Positions 1 to 9,645 of a stretch of DNA of 64,000 nt are shown piece after piece (within the stretch, counting starts at the first letter, position 1; each line of letters starts with the position of its first letter). The notes below the pieces were generated by a model that was not told the origin of the DNA, searched no databases, and saw only the letters and a program-made list of their open reading frames with translations. This DNA comes from Rhodospirillales bacterium (lineage in GTDB: Bacteria > Pseudomonadota > Alphaproteobacteria > Micavibrionales > UBA1664), in contig CP060260.1 of the NCBI GenBank assembly GCA_023898805.1, forward strand, positions 10,329 through 74,328, written 5' to 3'. The position numbers and the translations under genes were made by a program.

Positions 1-1050
1 GCGCGCTCGGCCTATATCGTCGACATGACGACGGGCACGGTGCTGCTCGATAAAAACGCTGACATGCGCATCCCCACCGCGTCGATGTCGAAAATCATGA
101 CCACGGCGGTCGTGTTCGACGCGATCCATAAGGGCCAGTTGTCGCTTTCCGACATGCTGCCCGTTTCGGAAAAGGCTTGGCGCATGGGCGGCTCCAAGAT
201 GTTCGTCGAACTTGGCAGCAAGATCAGCGTCGATGACCTGCTTAAAGGCGTGATCGTCCAATCTGGCAATGACGCGACCATCGTGCTGGCCGAAGGCTTG
301 GCGGGCAGCGAAAACGCCTTTGTCGATCGTATGAACGCCATGGCCGGCGAATGGGGCCTGAAAAACACGCATTTCATGGATGCAAGCGGCATGCCCGACC
401 CCGGCCATTATTCGACCGCACGTGACCTTGCGACCATTTCCGAACACCTGATCCGCGATTATCCGGAAGACTATAAATATTACGGGATGCGGGAATTCAC
501 CTGGCACAAAATCACCCAGCCCAACCGCAACCCGCTGCTCGGCAAGGTCGAGGGGGCGGATGGTATCAAGACCGGCCATACCGAGGAGGCGGGATACTGC
601 CTGATTGGTTCCGCCGAACGCAATGGCCGCCGCGTGGTCATGGTCGTCACCGGCCTGCCTAGCTGGGATGACCGCGTGCAGGAAAGCACCCGCCTGATGG
701 AATGGGCGCTGCGCAACTTCAAGGTCGAAACCCTGCTCAAACGCGGGCAGGTGGTGGGGCAGGCGCCGGTCGTCTATGGTGCCGCCAAATCTGTGCCGCT
801 GATCGTCGGGGCCGATGCGGTCGCTACCGTGCCCGCGACCTATAACCCGCGTGACCGTCAGGTCAAAATCCGCTTCATGACCCCGCTGGTGGCGCCGGTC
901 AAGGCGGGTCAGACGGTGGGCACCGTGCTGGTCGATGTGGCCGGGGCAGGGACGCAGGAATTCCCGCTGCTTGCCGGAAGCGCTGTGGACACGAAGGGGT
1001 GGTTCGCCCTAACCTTCGACAAGATCATACAGGCAGCGAAGAACAAGTAA
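1..1050 (+). CDS. D-alanyl-D-alanine carboxypeptidase (low-MW PBP5/6-like), 5' end outside window
   Basis: Frame open from base 1. Serine DD-peptidase motifs appear in order: SxxK (ASMSK), SxN (QSGND), KTG (IKTGHT). Confidence 0.85.
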   Translation, partial: ARSAYIVDMTTGTVLLDKNADMRIPTASMSKIMTTAVVFDAIHKGQLSLSDMLPVSEKAWRMGGSKMFVELGSKISVDDLLKGVIVQSGNDATIVLAEGLAGSENAFVDRMNAMAGEWGLKNTHFMDASGMPDPGHYSTARDLATISEHLIRDYPEDYKYYGMREFTWHKITQPNRNPLLGKVEGADGIKTGHTEEAGYCLIGSAERNGRRVVMVVTGLPSWDDRVQESTRLMEWALRNFKVETLLKRGQVVGQAPVVYGAAKSVPLIVGADAVATVPATYNPRDRQVKIRFMTPLVAPVKAGQTVGTVLVDVAGAGTQEFPLLAGSAVDTKGWFALTFDKIIQAAKNK

Positions 1051-1052
1051 CG

Positions 1053-1652
1053 ATGTTCATCACTTTTGAAGGCGGCGACGGCGGGGGTAAGACGACCCAG
1101 ATCCGGCTGCTGCGCGACCGGCTTGAACAGGCGGGACGCGCGGTGGTGCTGACGCGTGAGCCCGGCGGCACGCCGGAGGCGGAGAAGATCCGCCGCCTGA
1201 TCCTCGAACGCGACGGCGGCGACTGGTCGCCGCAGGCCGAAACCCTGTTGATGTTCGCGGCCCGCCAGATGCATGTCCGCGATCTGATCGCCCCGGCGCT
1301 GGCCGCTGGACGCACCGTGCTGTGCGACCGCTTTACGGATTCCACCCGCGCCTATCAAGGCTATGCCGGCGGCATGGACCTGGCCGCGATCGAAACCCTG
1401 AAAAAACTGGCGATCGGTGATCTTGAACCCAGCCGCACGATCATCCTCGACCTGCCGCCCGAAATCGGACTTGCGCGCTCGCGCTCCGGCGCGGCGGAAG
1501 GGATGCAGGAAGCCAAGGGTCTGGAGTTCCAGACCCGCCTGCGTGAAGGCTATCTGGCCATCGCCCGCGCCAATCCCGAACGCTGTATCGTGATCGACGC
1601 GACCGGGTCCGTTGACGATGTTGCCGCCGCGATCTGGAAGGCGCTGACATGA
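1053..1652 (+). CDS. tmk: thymidylate kinase
   Basis: MFITFEGGDGGGKTT P-loop and TREPGGT motif, ~200 aa. ATG at 1053 lies 2 nt after the upstream stop; the track ORF start at 999 overlaps the PBP gene. Confidence 0.9.
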   Translation: MFITFEGGDGGGKTTQIRLLRDRLEQAGRAVVLTREPGGTPEAEKIRRLILERDGGDWSPQAETLLMFAARQMHVRDLIAPALAAGRTVLCDRFTDSTRAYQGYAGGMDLAAIETLKKLAIGDLEPSRTIILDLPPEIGLARSRSGAAEGMQEAKGLEFQTRLREGYLAIARANPERCIVIDATGSVDDVAAAIWKALT

Positions 1653-2779
1653 GCGGCCTGTTCGACGACGACCTGCCCGAAGATGACGATGCCGCTCCGG
1701 CGGACCTGATGGCCGAACGTGAGGCCGCGCTGGCCGCACCTTCGATACCCGACCCGCGCGCCAATACCGAACTGGTGGCCCACGCCGCCGCCGAAGCCCG
1801 GCTGCTGGAATGGTGGCAATCGGGCACGCTGCCGCACACGCTGGTGCTGGCCGGGCCGCAGGGCATCGGCAAGGCGACGCTGGCCTTCCGGCTGGCGCGG
1901 TTCCTGCTGACCCGTCCCGACCCGCCGGGGCAGGGTGGCGGTCTGTTCGGTGCCGACCCGCTCCCCGAAACGCTGGCCGTCCCAGCCGACAACCCGGTCG
2001 CGCGGCAGGTCGCGGCGCTGGGGCATCCCGACCTGATGGCGCTGGCGCGCGGCATGAACGAAAAAACCGGGCGCGCCTATGGCGAAATTCTGGTCGACGA
2101 TGTGCGCGCCGTGCCGCTGTTCCTGCGCAAGACTGCGGCCGAAGGCGGTTGGCGCGTCGTCGTGATCGACGAGGCGGAAACCCTTAATCGAAACGCCCAA
2201 AACGCGCTTTTGAAAATTCTTGAGGAACCCCCGCCGCGCACGCTGCTGATCCTGATCGCCCAAAGCGCGGGGGCGCTGATCCCCACCATCCGTTCGCGCG
2301 CGCGGGTGATGGAGATCGAGCCGCTGCCCGACGCCGATTTCGCGGGTTTGATGCGCAAATACCGCCCGGATCTGAGCGCCGCCGACATCGCCCTGATGGG
2401 CCGCATCGCGGGCAACGCGCCGGGCCGCGCTTTGGCGCTGCTTGAACAAGGCGGCGTCGCCGCGATCACCGAAACCGTGGGCTTGCTTGATACGCTGCCC
2501 GCCATGCCGGATGCGCAGCTTTGGACCATGGCCGAAAAACTGGCGGTAAAGGGCGAACCGGACGCGCTTGAAGGGATGCTGGAAATCGCGTCATGGGCGC
2601 TGCGCGACCGGGCGGAAGACGCGGCGCGCGAAAACGCGCCGGTGCGGATGCGCGGGTGCATCACCACGCTTGATGCGCTTGAACGCCACCGCGCGGCGTG
2701 CGACAAAGGCAACCTAGACCGCAGGCACACGGCGCTTGGGGCGTTGCGCATCCTGCAAAATGGACTAAAAGCGGCATGA
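1649..2779 (+). CDS. holB: DNA polymerase III delta-prime subunit
   Basis: Walker A-like GPQGIGKAT, VVVIDEAETLN box, TIRSRA sensor motif. 4-nt overlaps with tmk and metG. Confidence 0.8.
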   Translation: MSGLFDDDLPEDDDAAPADLMAEREAALAAPSIPDPRANTELVAHAAAEARLLEWWQSGTLPHTLVLAGPQGIGKATLAFRLARFLLTRPDPPGQGGGLFGADPLPETLAVPADNPVARQVAALGHPDLMALARGMNEKTGRAYGEILVDDVRAVPLFLRKTAAEGGWRVVVIDEAETLNRNAQNALLKILEEPPPRTLLILIAQSAGALIPTIRSRARVMEIEPLPDADFAGLMRKYRPDLSAADIALMGRIAGNAPGRALALLEQGGVAAITETVGLLDTLPAMPDAQLWTMAEKLAVKGEPDALEGMLEIASWALRDRAEDAARENAPVRMRGCITTLDALERHRAACDKGNLDRRHTALGALRILQNGLKAA

Positions 2780-4335
2780 CCGGAAACAAGACTTTTTACA
2801 TCACCACCCCGATCTACTACGTCAACGGCGACCCGCATATGGGCCACGCCTATACGACCATTGCCTGCGACGTGATGGCCCGCTTCAAGCGGCTGGACGG
2901 GTTCGACGTCCATTTCCTGACCGGCACCGACGAACACGGCATCAAGGTCCGTCAGGCGGCGGACGCGGCGGGCGTCGCTCCGCAGACCTTCACCGATCAG
3001 GTGTCGCAGGCCTTCCGTGACGTGCTGCCCGCGCTCAACATCGCCAACGACGATTTCATCCGCACCACCTCGGCCCGGCATAAACAGGGCGTGCAGGCGC
3101 TCTGGCGCGCGATCGCGGCGGCGGGGGATATTTACAAGGGCGGTTATTCCGGCTGGTACGCCGTGCGGGACGAAGCCTATTACGCCGAGGATGAAACCGA
3201 ACTGCGCGCCGATGGTAAGCGTTACGCGCTCGCCTCCGGCGCCGAGTGCACGTGGATGGAGGAGGAAAGCTATTTCTTCAAACTCTCCGCCTGGGGCGAC
3301 CGGCTGCTGAAATTCTATGCCGAAAATCCGGAATTCATCGGCCCTGAAAGCTCGCGCAACGAGGTGATAAGCTTCGTCAAATCCGGCCTTAAGGACCTGT
3401 CCATTTCGCGCACCACCTTCGATTGGGGCATCAAGGTGCCGGGCGACGACCGGCATGTGATGTATGTCTGGATCGATGCGCTGGCCAACTATATCACCGC
3501 GCTTGGATACGGCCAGGACGACGACAGCCTGTTCAAAAAATTCTGGCCCGCCGACGTGCACGTGGTGGGCAAGGAAATCACGCGTTTCCACTGCGTCTAT
3601 TGGCCGGCATTCCTGATGTCGGCGGGCATCGTCCCGCCCAAACGGGTCTATGCCAATGGCTGGTGGATCATGGAAGGGCAAAAAATGTCCAAATCCTTGG
3701 GTAACGTGGTGACACCCGCCGATCTGATCGAACGTTACGGCATTGACGGTGCGCGCTATGTGCTGCTGCGCGACCTGCCTTTCGGCAATGACGGCAATTT
3801 CGTCCACGACAACGCGGTGGCGCGCCTGAACGCCGACCTGTCCAACGGGCTTGGCAATCTGGCCCAGCGTACCCTTTCGATGATCCAGAAAAACTGCGAC
3901 GCGCAGGTACCGCAACCCGGCGCTTTCGACGCCGACGACAACGCCATGCTGGCGGCGGTGCAAACGGGCCTGCTGCCCGATCTGCGCCGCGAATTCGACG
4001 GCTTTAAATTCTCCCGCGCCCTCGACCGGATTATGGAGGTCACGGCCGCCGCCAACCAGTACGTCGACCGTCAGGCGCCGTGGAAACTGAAAAAGGAAGA
4101 CCCGGCGCGCATGGCGACCGTGCTTTACGTGCTGGCCGAAAGCGTGCGCGGCCTCGCGCTGGCGATCCAGCCTTTTATCCCGGTCGCGTCGGGCAAGCTG
4201 CTCGATCAACTCGCGGTGCCGGAAAACGCGCGCGACTTCGCGCATATCGCGGCCAGCCACGCCCTCAAACCCGGCACTCCCTTGCCCGAGCCGCAAGGCG
4301 TGTTCCCAAGGCTGGAAACGAAGGCCGCTGCCTGA
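2776..4335 (+). CDS. metG: methionyl-tRNA synthetase
   Basis: N-terminus FYITTPIYYVNGDPHMGHAYT (HIGH-type) and KMSKS motif. Start ATG 2776 overlaps the holB stop. Confidence 0.92.
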   Translation: MTGNKTFYITTPIYYVNGDPHMGHAYTTIACDVMARFKRLDGFDVHFLTGTDEHGIKVRQAADAAGVAPQTFTDQVSQAFRDVLPALNIANDDFIRTTSARHKQGVQALWRAIAAAGDIYKGGYSGWYAVRDEAYYAEDETELRADGKRYALASGAECTWMEEESYFFKLSAWGDRLLKFYAENPEFIGPESSRNEVISFVKSGLKDLSISRTTFDWGIKVPGDDRHVMYVWIDALANYITALGYGQDDDSLFKKFWPADVHVVGKEITRFHCVYWPAFLMSAGIVPPKRVYANGWWIMEGQKMSKSLGNVVTPADLIERYGIDGARYVLLRDLPFGNDGNFVHDNAVARLNADLSNGLGNLAQRTLSMIQKNCDAQVPQPGAFDADDNAMLAAVQTGLLPDLRREFDGFKFSRALDRIMEVTAAANQYVDRQAPWKLKKEDPARMATVLYVLAESVRGLALAIQPFIPVASGKLLDQLAVPENARDFAHIAASHALKPGTPLPEPQGVFPRLETKAAA

Positions 4336-4407
4336 TCTTAAAGTTATGGCAAATAAAGGATGTTTGCGCTAATGTGGCCGCTGACATAGATCAGGAGTGC
4401 AGCGCGA

Positions 4408-4920
4408 ATGGGCCTTTTCCAAGTATTCACAACCGCAAGCGGCACGCTGGAGTCCGCGCCGCCGCAGGAACGATCAGACAGGGTCCGGCGCGCTCTGGAC
4501 GCCAAGCGCCTGGAAAGTGGCTTCGACCTATTGTTGGCCGCGATCAACCATGGCGCCTCCTTCTTGGATTCAAATATGCTGATCGTCGGGTCGGCCAACC
4601 CGAAATCTGCTGTCTATCTTGGTTACGTCACGAAACTGATCGGCGAGGCGGTCGAAGAATTGGGGCCAGAGGCCAAGCGCGATTTTGGGCCGCCTGTACG
4701 TTTATTTCTTAATGGTCTGCACGATCAATGGCGCGCGCTGCAATCACCTGCGGAAAATTGCGCCGATGCCAATGCCAATGGGTTTTATTACGACATAACG
4801 GCTGAAGATCGTCTGGAAGCTGCCAGAAAATTATCCATATACGCGCGGGCTTTACGGGCTGGGTTCAACCGCCGTTACCAAGGGCCGGTTGCCGCCGACA
4901 TCAACGCCGGCCTTCGCTAA
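4408..4920 (+). CDS. hypothetical protein (170 aa, no recognised motif)
   Basis: AGGAG about 10 nt upstream of the ATG. Third-position G/C bias is consistent with coding in this frame. No family recognised. Confidence 0.55.
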   Translation: MGLFQVFTTASGTLESAPPQERSDRVRRALDAKRLESGFDLLLAAINHGASFLDSNMLIVGSANPKSAVYLGYVTKLIGEAVEELGPEAKRDFGPPVRLFLNGLHDQWRALQSPAENCADANANGFYYDITAEDRLEAARKLSIYARALRAGFNRRYQGPVAADINAGLR

Positions 4921-5264
4921 TTGCGCAGGTGATAGGCATCGCCCGAAGACTGTGAGGTCAACGCGCGCGAGGCCGCCGTAAGGCTGCGGCAGGGAACGCC
5001 GCGCCCGTTGAACGGGCAGGGCGGGTGCGCCCACCCGCGCACGCGGCTCATCGGGTATTGTTTGGCCGGGATGGGGGAATGGAAAACCCCGGAATCGCCG
5101 TAAAGGGACGTGCCGTATTTGGCCGAAAACGTATCGTTGGGCGCTGGTTTAACGTAGGTGACCGGCGGGCAGACGATCAAATCGCCCGCATCCGCGGCCA
5201 GCGCCGGATAGATGGGCGCGCACAGCGCAACACAAAGGACGAAACCCGCGATAAACCGTTTCAT
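4917..5264 (-). CDS. hypothetical secreted protein (115 aa)
   Basis: Classical signal peptide MKRFIAGFVLCVALCAPIYPALA/AD and four Cys in the mature part. No obvious SD. Confidence 0.5.
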   Translation of the reverse strand: MKRFIAGFVLCVALCAPIYPALAADAGDLIVCPPVTYVKPAPNDTFSAKYGTSLYGDSGVFHSPIPAKQYPMSRVRGWAHPPCPFNGRGVPCRSLTAASRALTSQSSGDAYHLRN

Positions 5265-5370
5265 GCGATAATTTTATACCACTTGGGCCGCCGCGCAAGG
5301 CTTGAGCGCGCAAGGCCGCGGCATCGCGGTATTTGGATGCGGGCGATAAATGCGCTATGCATCATGCCGT

Positions 5371-6192
5371 ATGAGCGCTTACATCGACTCCCACTGCCAC
5401 CTCAATAACCCTAAAATCGCGCCGCTGGGCACGCCCGACGCGCTGGTCGCGCGCGCCAACGCGGGCGGCGTCGCGGGCATGGTGACGATATGCTGCCGCA
5501 TTGCGGACGAACCCGAAACGCTTAAATCCATCTGCGATCGCAACCGCAACGTCTGGATGACCGTGGGCACCCACCCGCACGAGGCCTCGCAGCCGGCGGA
5601 ACAGGCCTTTACCCAGGCGGATATCGTCGCACTGGCGCAAAGCCACCCGAAAATCATCGGCATCGGCGAAAGCGGCCTTGACTACTTTTACGATTTTTCC
5701 GACCGCGCCGATCAGGCGGAATCCTTCCGCAAACATATCCGCGCCTGCGTCGAAACCGGCTTGCCGCTGGTGGTCCATGCCCGCGATGCCGACGACGAAA
5801 TCATCCGCATCCTGCGCGAGGAAGGCGCGGGCGAGGGGCGGCTCAAGGGCGTGATGCACTGTTTTTCATCCGGCGCAAAAATGGCCGAGGACGCGCTGGA
5901 TCTGGGGTTTTACCTGTCCTTTTCCGGCATCGTGACGTTCAAGAACGCCGATACGCTGCGCGATATCGCGCGCCGCGCGCCGATTGAACGCGTGCTGATC
6001 GAAACCGACGCGCCTTATCTTGCGCCCGAACCGCACCGCAAGCTGACCAACGAACCGGCGCTGGTTGTTCACACCGCCGCGATGCTGGCCGGCCTGTTCG
6101 ACATGACGCGCGAGGAAATCGGCGATAAAACGACCGCCAACTTTTTCAACCTTTTCGACCAGGCGCGGGATACATGGCAACCGGCCGCGTAA
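5371..6192 (+). CDS. TatD-family metal-dependent hydrolase
   Basis: YIDSHCHL, IGESGLDYFY, VVHARDA, HCFSG and ETDAPYL motifs in canonical order. Confidence 0.85.
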   Translation: MSAYIDSHCHLNNPKIAPLGTPDALVARANAGGVAGMVTICCRIADEPETLKSICDRNRNVWMTVGTHPHEASQPAEQAFTQADIVALAQSHPKIIGIGESGLDYFYDFSDRADQAESFRKHIRACVETGLPLVVHARDADDEIIRILREEGAGEGRLKGVMHCFSSGAKMAEDALDLGFYLSFSGIVTFKNADTLRDIARRAPIERVLIETDAPYLAPEPHRKLTNEPALVVHTAAMLAGLFDMTREEIGDKTTANFFNLFDQARDTWQPAA

Positions 6193-6971
6193 CCGTTCTG
6201 GGCTGCGGGTCGTCGGGCGGCGTGCCGCTGGTCACCGGCTATTGGGGTGCGTGCGACCCGGCCAATCCCAAAAACCGCCGCCGCCGTGCCTCCATCGCGG
6301 TTCAGGGCGGCGATACGACGCTGGTCGTCGATACCGGCCCTGATTTTCACGAACAGACGCTGATCAACGGCATCACGAAAATCGACGCCGTCCTGTATAC
6401 TCACGGCCATTCCGACCACGTCAACGGCATCGACGAACTGCGCTATCTGAAATTCGTTCAAAAAACCATGTGCGACGCGTGGGGCGATTTCGACACGCTT
6501 TCGGAATTGCAGGCGCGTTTCCCCTATATGTTCGCACCCACCGCCGACGGCCTGTATCAGCCCGTCATCACGCCCCATGCTTTCGCCGATGCGGATTACG
6601 GCCAAACACAAACCATCGCGGGCCTGCCCGTAATCCCGCTTTGGCAGATGCACGGCAAGGCCGGACATTCGCTGGCCTACCGCTTCGGCAATTTCGCCTA
6701 TTCGACCGATGTATCGGCGCAACGGCCCGAAACCCTTGCGGCGCTGGCGGGCATCGACACATGGCTGGTCGATTGCGCCCAGTACGGCACCGATTACACC
6801 ATCGTCCATCCCAATTTCCCGATCGTGCAGGGTTGGAACGAAACCGTGCGCGCACGCCGCGTGATTTTGACCCACCTGACGCCGCGCCTCGATTACGATG
6901 CGCTGATGGCCGAACTGCCTCCCGGCTACGAACTGGCCCACGACGGCATGACGCTGGACATCGCGTTTTAA
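6174..6971 (+). CDS. MBL-fold metallo-hydrolase (PhnP/GPP-like)
   Basis: HGHSDH (HxHxDH) motif, ~265 aa, overlaps the tatD end. Confidence 0.8.
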   Translation: MATGRVTVLGCGSSGGVPLVTGYWGACDPANPKNRRRRASIAVQGGDTTLVVDTGPDFHEQTLINGITKIDAVLYTHGHSDHVNGIDELRYLKFVQKTMCDAWGDFDTLSELQARFPYMFAPTADGLYQPVITPHAFADADYGQTQTIAGLPVIPLWQMHGKAGHSLAYRFGNFAYSTDVSAQRPETLAALAGIDTWLVDCAQYGTDYTIVHPNFPIVQGWNETVRARRVILTHLTPRLDYDALMAELPPGYELAHDGMTLDIAF

Positions 6972-7191
6972 AAAAATCTCGCTTTTCGTGTCGCATTTGC
7001 GTTCTAATGAAAATGCCGGTGTCCTCAAAGGCATTGGCCGCGGAATTTGTGGGGCAGCTTGCACCGCGTTACCAAGGCTAAAAGCATTATGGCGCAGTTT
7101 CGCCGTGATCCCCATGGGTATCGCGGTGGGGCCGGCCTTCAAAACGTCTTCTCCCCATCGTGTTTGCAACGTCAAAACTATGGAGAATGAC

Positions 7192-7659
7192 ATGACCATC
7201 ATCGATCAAAAGATCAACGCCTTTCCCGTTTTTCTGGAATACACGCGCATCGCCGCGCTGTTGGAAACGGGCAGCACCAACGAGTCTCTGCTCAAAAGAG
7301 GTTTTAATATCGCCCGCCAGGTGGGCGCGGCCGTGGACGCGGTGGACTGGAACGCGCCGCTGGCGGACGAGGTGGCCTTGGCCAAAGCCTTCCCGCTGCT
7401 TGTCGCAATTGCCGCGAACACGCAGGCCGGACAGGAGGTCCTGAGCGTGCAACGCGCTTTGGGCGCCCGGACTATTCAAGGCTATCTGACAGGGGAAGCG
7501 TTGCCCAGTCGGTTCGTTCTGCCTACCATCCTCACGGCCCTGAAACCCATCGTGAACGAGGAGTTGAGAGCCCTGATGGTCTATGGTCAGGAATGGGTCA
7601 CCAGTGAAGGTAGGCGTGGCGCATGGGAACGCGGCGTCCGCCGTGGGCCTGTTATCTAG
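7192..7659 (+). CDS. hypothetical protein (155 aa)
   Basis: GGAGA at 7182-7186 precedes the ATG at 7192; the track ORF extends upstream to 6988. No family recognised. Confidence 0.5.
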   Translation: MTIIDQKINAFPVFLEYTRIAALLETGSTNESLLKRGFNIARQVGAAVDAVDWNAPLADEVALAKAFPLLVAIAANTQAGQEVLSVQRALGARTIQGYLTGEALPSRFVLPTILTALKPIVNEELRALMVYGQEWVTSEGRRGAWERGVRRGPVI

Positions 7660-7710
7660 GTTTTCGGCCCGGCAGGTGGCAGAGGATCGCCGCCGGGCAA
7701 ACCTAATTAA

Positions 7711-7739
7711 TTGACATAAAGCAAAGGCATGCGTTATGT
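7711..7739 (+). promoter_or_regulatory. sigma70-like promoter candidate for the 7764 gene
   Basis: TTGACA (7711-7716), 17-nt spacer, TTATGT (7734-7739). Preceded by a GCCCGGC...GCCGGGC hairpin. Confidence 0.35.
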
Positions 7740-7763
7740 TCGGGCAAAGAAATGGAGAAAACC

Positions 7764-8258
7764 ATGACCAAGCAATATGTCGGTTTTGAAGCGGCCTCGT
7801 TTTATCGAGACAACAATGCCTATGCAGGTTTTTTCGCCAAATTCCAGGGCGAGCAGGGCGAGCCAGTCTATGTCGCGCCCGAGGCGCTCGCGCAGGCGCT
7901 GGCCACGGGCAAATACCGCAGGCGGTTGCAGGAAGCCGATATTTCATTACGCGAAGTCGAAACCGCGCTTCGGGATGTGTCTTATCAGCGCGTGCGCCGC
8001 AAAATCGAAGGCAGGACACTGAACCGCCCAGATCCTGTAGATTTCTTATATCCGTACTACCAACAAGAGGTGTTAGAAGAACAGGACAAATCGCTTGCGG
8101 ATTTGTTCCGCCGTACCATTGGCCGCGGACAACCATTTATTGCAAACCATATCATTGGCGAAACGTCGGATAAGTGGGTGTTGCGCGACTACGGGAAAAA
8201 CCGCATGCGTAGCCATGCTATCCGTGCGCATGGGTTGGTTGTATATTCGGAATTCTAG
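7764..8258 (+). CDS. hypothetical protein (164 aa)
   Basis: GGAGA at 7754-7758 sits 5 nt before the ATG at 7764 (alternative ATG at 7752). No family recognised. Confidence 0.55.
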   Translation: MTKQYVGFEAASFYRDNNAYAGFFAKFQGEQGEPVYVAPEALAQALATGKYRRRLQEADISLREVETALRDVSYQRVRRKIEGRTLNRPDPVDFLYPYYQQEVLEEQDKSLADLFRRTIGRGQPFIANHIIGETSDKWVLRDYGKNRMRSHAIRAHGLVVYSEF

Positions 8259-8260
8259 GC

Positions 8261-9016
8261 TCAATCCAGACTCAGCATCACCGGCACATGGTCTGACGCT
8301 TTTTCGCGGCTGCGCTCGTCGCGGTGGATGGCGCAGGACACGGCGCGGTCGGCCAGTTGCGGCGACAGCAAAAAATAGTCGATGCGGATGCCGTTGTCGC
8401 GCGCCCACGCCCCGGCCTGATAATCCCAGAACGTGTAATGCCCGCCGCGCGGCTCGAATATCCTGAACGCATCGCTCAGGCCCAGATTTAAAAAACGCCG
8501 GTACATGGCCCGCGCCTGCGGCTGGAACAGCGCGTCGCCGCCCCACGCGGCCGGGTCGTGGGCGTCGATTTCTTCAGGGATGATGTTGTAATCACCGCAG
8601 ACCACGAACGGGGTTTCCTCGGCCAGCAGGGTACGCATCCGCGCCTCAAGCCGCGCCAGCCAGTCGAGTTTATAGGGAAATTTCTCGCTCGCTACCGGGT
8701 TGCCGTTGGGCGCATAGATGTTGACGACGCGCACCCCCGCGATTTCGACCTCGATATACCGCGCCTGCTCGTCGCCCAGCGTGCCGGATACAAGCGTAAT
8801 CGGCGTCTTTGAAAGGATCGCGACCCCGTTATAGGATTTTTGCCCGACCACCGCGCTTTCATACCCGGCGGCGCGGATTTCCATTTCGGGAAACTGGTCC
8901 GGCTGGCATTTCAGCTCCTGCAGGCACACGACGTCCGGTGCCGCGCGGCCAAGCCAATCCAGCAGGTTCGGCAGGCGCGTGCGCACCGAATTGACGTTGT
9001 AGGTCGCGATCTTCAT
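8261..9016 (-). CDS. xthA: exodeoxyribonuclease III (AP endonuclease)
   Basis: MKIATYNVNS, CLQELK and C-terminal SDHVPV motifs. Confidence 0.9.
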   Translation of the reverse strand: MKIATYNVNSVRTRLPNLLDWLGRAAPDVVCLQELKCQPDQFPEMEIRAAGYESAVVGQKSYNGVAILSKTPITLVSGTLGDEQARYIEVEIAGVRVVNIYAPNGNPVASEKFPYKLDWLARLEARMRTLLAEETPFVVCGDYNIIPEEIDAHDPAAWGGDALFQPQARAMYRRFLNLGLSDAFRIFEPRGGHYTFWDYQAGAWARDNGIRIDYFLLSPQLADRAVSCAIHRDERSREKASDHVPVMLSLD

Positions 9017-9066
9017 CTCTATGCTCACCCCGACTAAGACAAACCTGAACTTAAGGACACTGGACG

Positions 9067-9645
9067 ATGATCCGCCTTGTCACCGCGCTTCTTGCCACGC
9101 TTTTCCTCGCGGGCTGCATCAACGACATACCGACCTATCAGGAAAACGCCAATGCTAAATGGGCGGACGTGCAGGCGCAATATCAGCGCCGCGCCGACCT
9201 GATCCCCAATCTGGTGGCGACGGTCAAGGGCTTTGCCGCGCAGGAAAAAACCGTCCTGACCGAAGTGACGTCCGCCCGCGCGGGCGCGACGCAGATCCGC
9301 GTCGATGCCTCCACGATCACCGACCCCGCGGCCTTCAAACAGTTCGAGGACGCGCAAAACCGTTTAAGCGTGGGGATCGGCCGCCTTCTGGCCACCTCCG
9401 AAAACTATCCGCAGTTGCGCTCGTCGGAAAATTTCATGGCCCTGCAAAGCCAGCTTGAGGGGACGGAAAACCGCATCGCCGTCGCCCGCCGCGACTTCAA
9501 CGAGGCCGTGCGCCAGTACAACACGGAACTCAAGACCATTCCCGGCCGCTGGGTCGCGCACTGGATGTACCCGGACGCGAAACCGATGGAAATGTTTACG
9601 GCCACGACCCCCGGCGCTGAAAACGCCCCCGCGGTCAGCTTCTGA
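9067..9645 (+). CDS. LemA family protein
   Basis: N-terminal anchor/lipobox-like LAGC, then the WADVQAQYQRRADLIPNLV and NRIAVARRDFNEAVRQYN blocks typical of LemA. Confidence 0.85.
   Translation: MIRLVTALLATLFLAGCINDIPTYQENANAKWADVQAQYQRRADLIPNLVATVKGFAAQEKTVLTEVTSARAGATQIRVDASTITDPAAFKQFEDAQNRLSVGIGRLLATSENYPQLRSSENFMALQSQLEGTENRIAVARRDFNEAVRQYNTELKTIPGRWVAHWMYPDAKPMEMFTATTPGAENAPAVSF

Noticed and set aside
2077-4296. 739-aa minus-strand ORF, and similar giants at 29343-31136, 12512-14074, 10736-12142, 48925-49911 and 18367-19368
   Set aside because: They lie antisense to confidently identified genes (metG, rpoD, argS, dgt, the LOG-like gene, tatC). Their Arg/Gly/Ala-rich translations are typical of shadow ORFs in high-G+C DNA.
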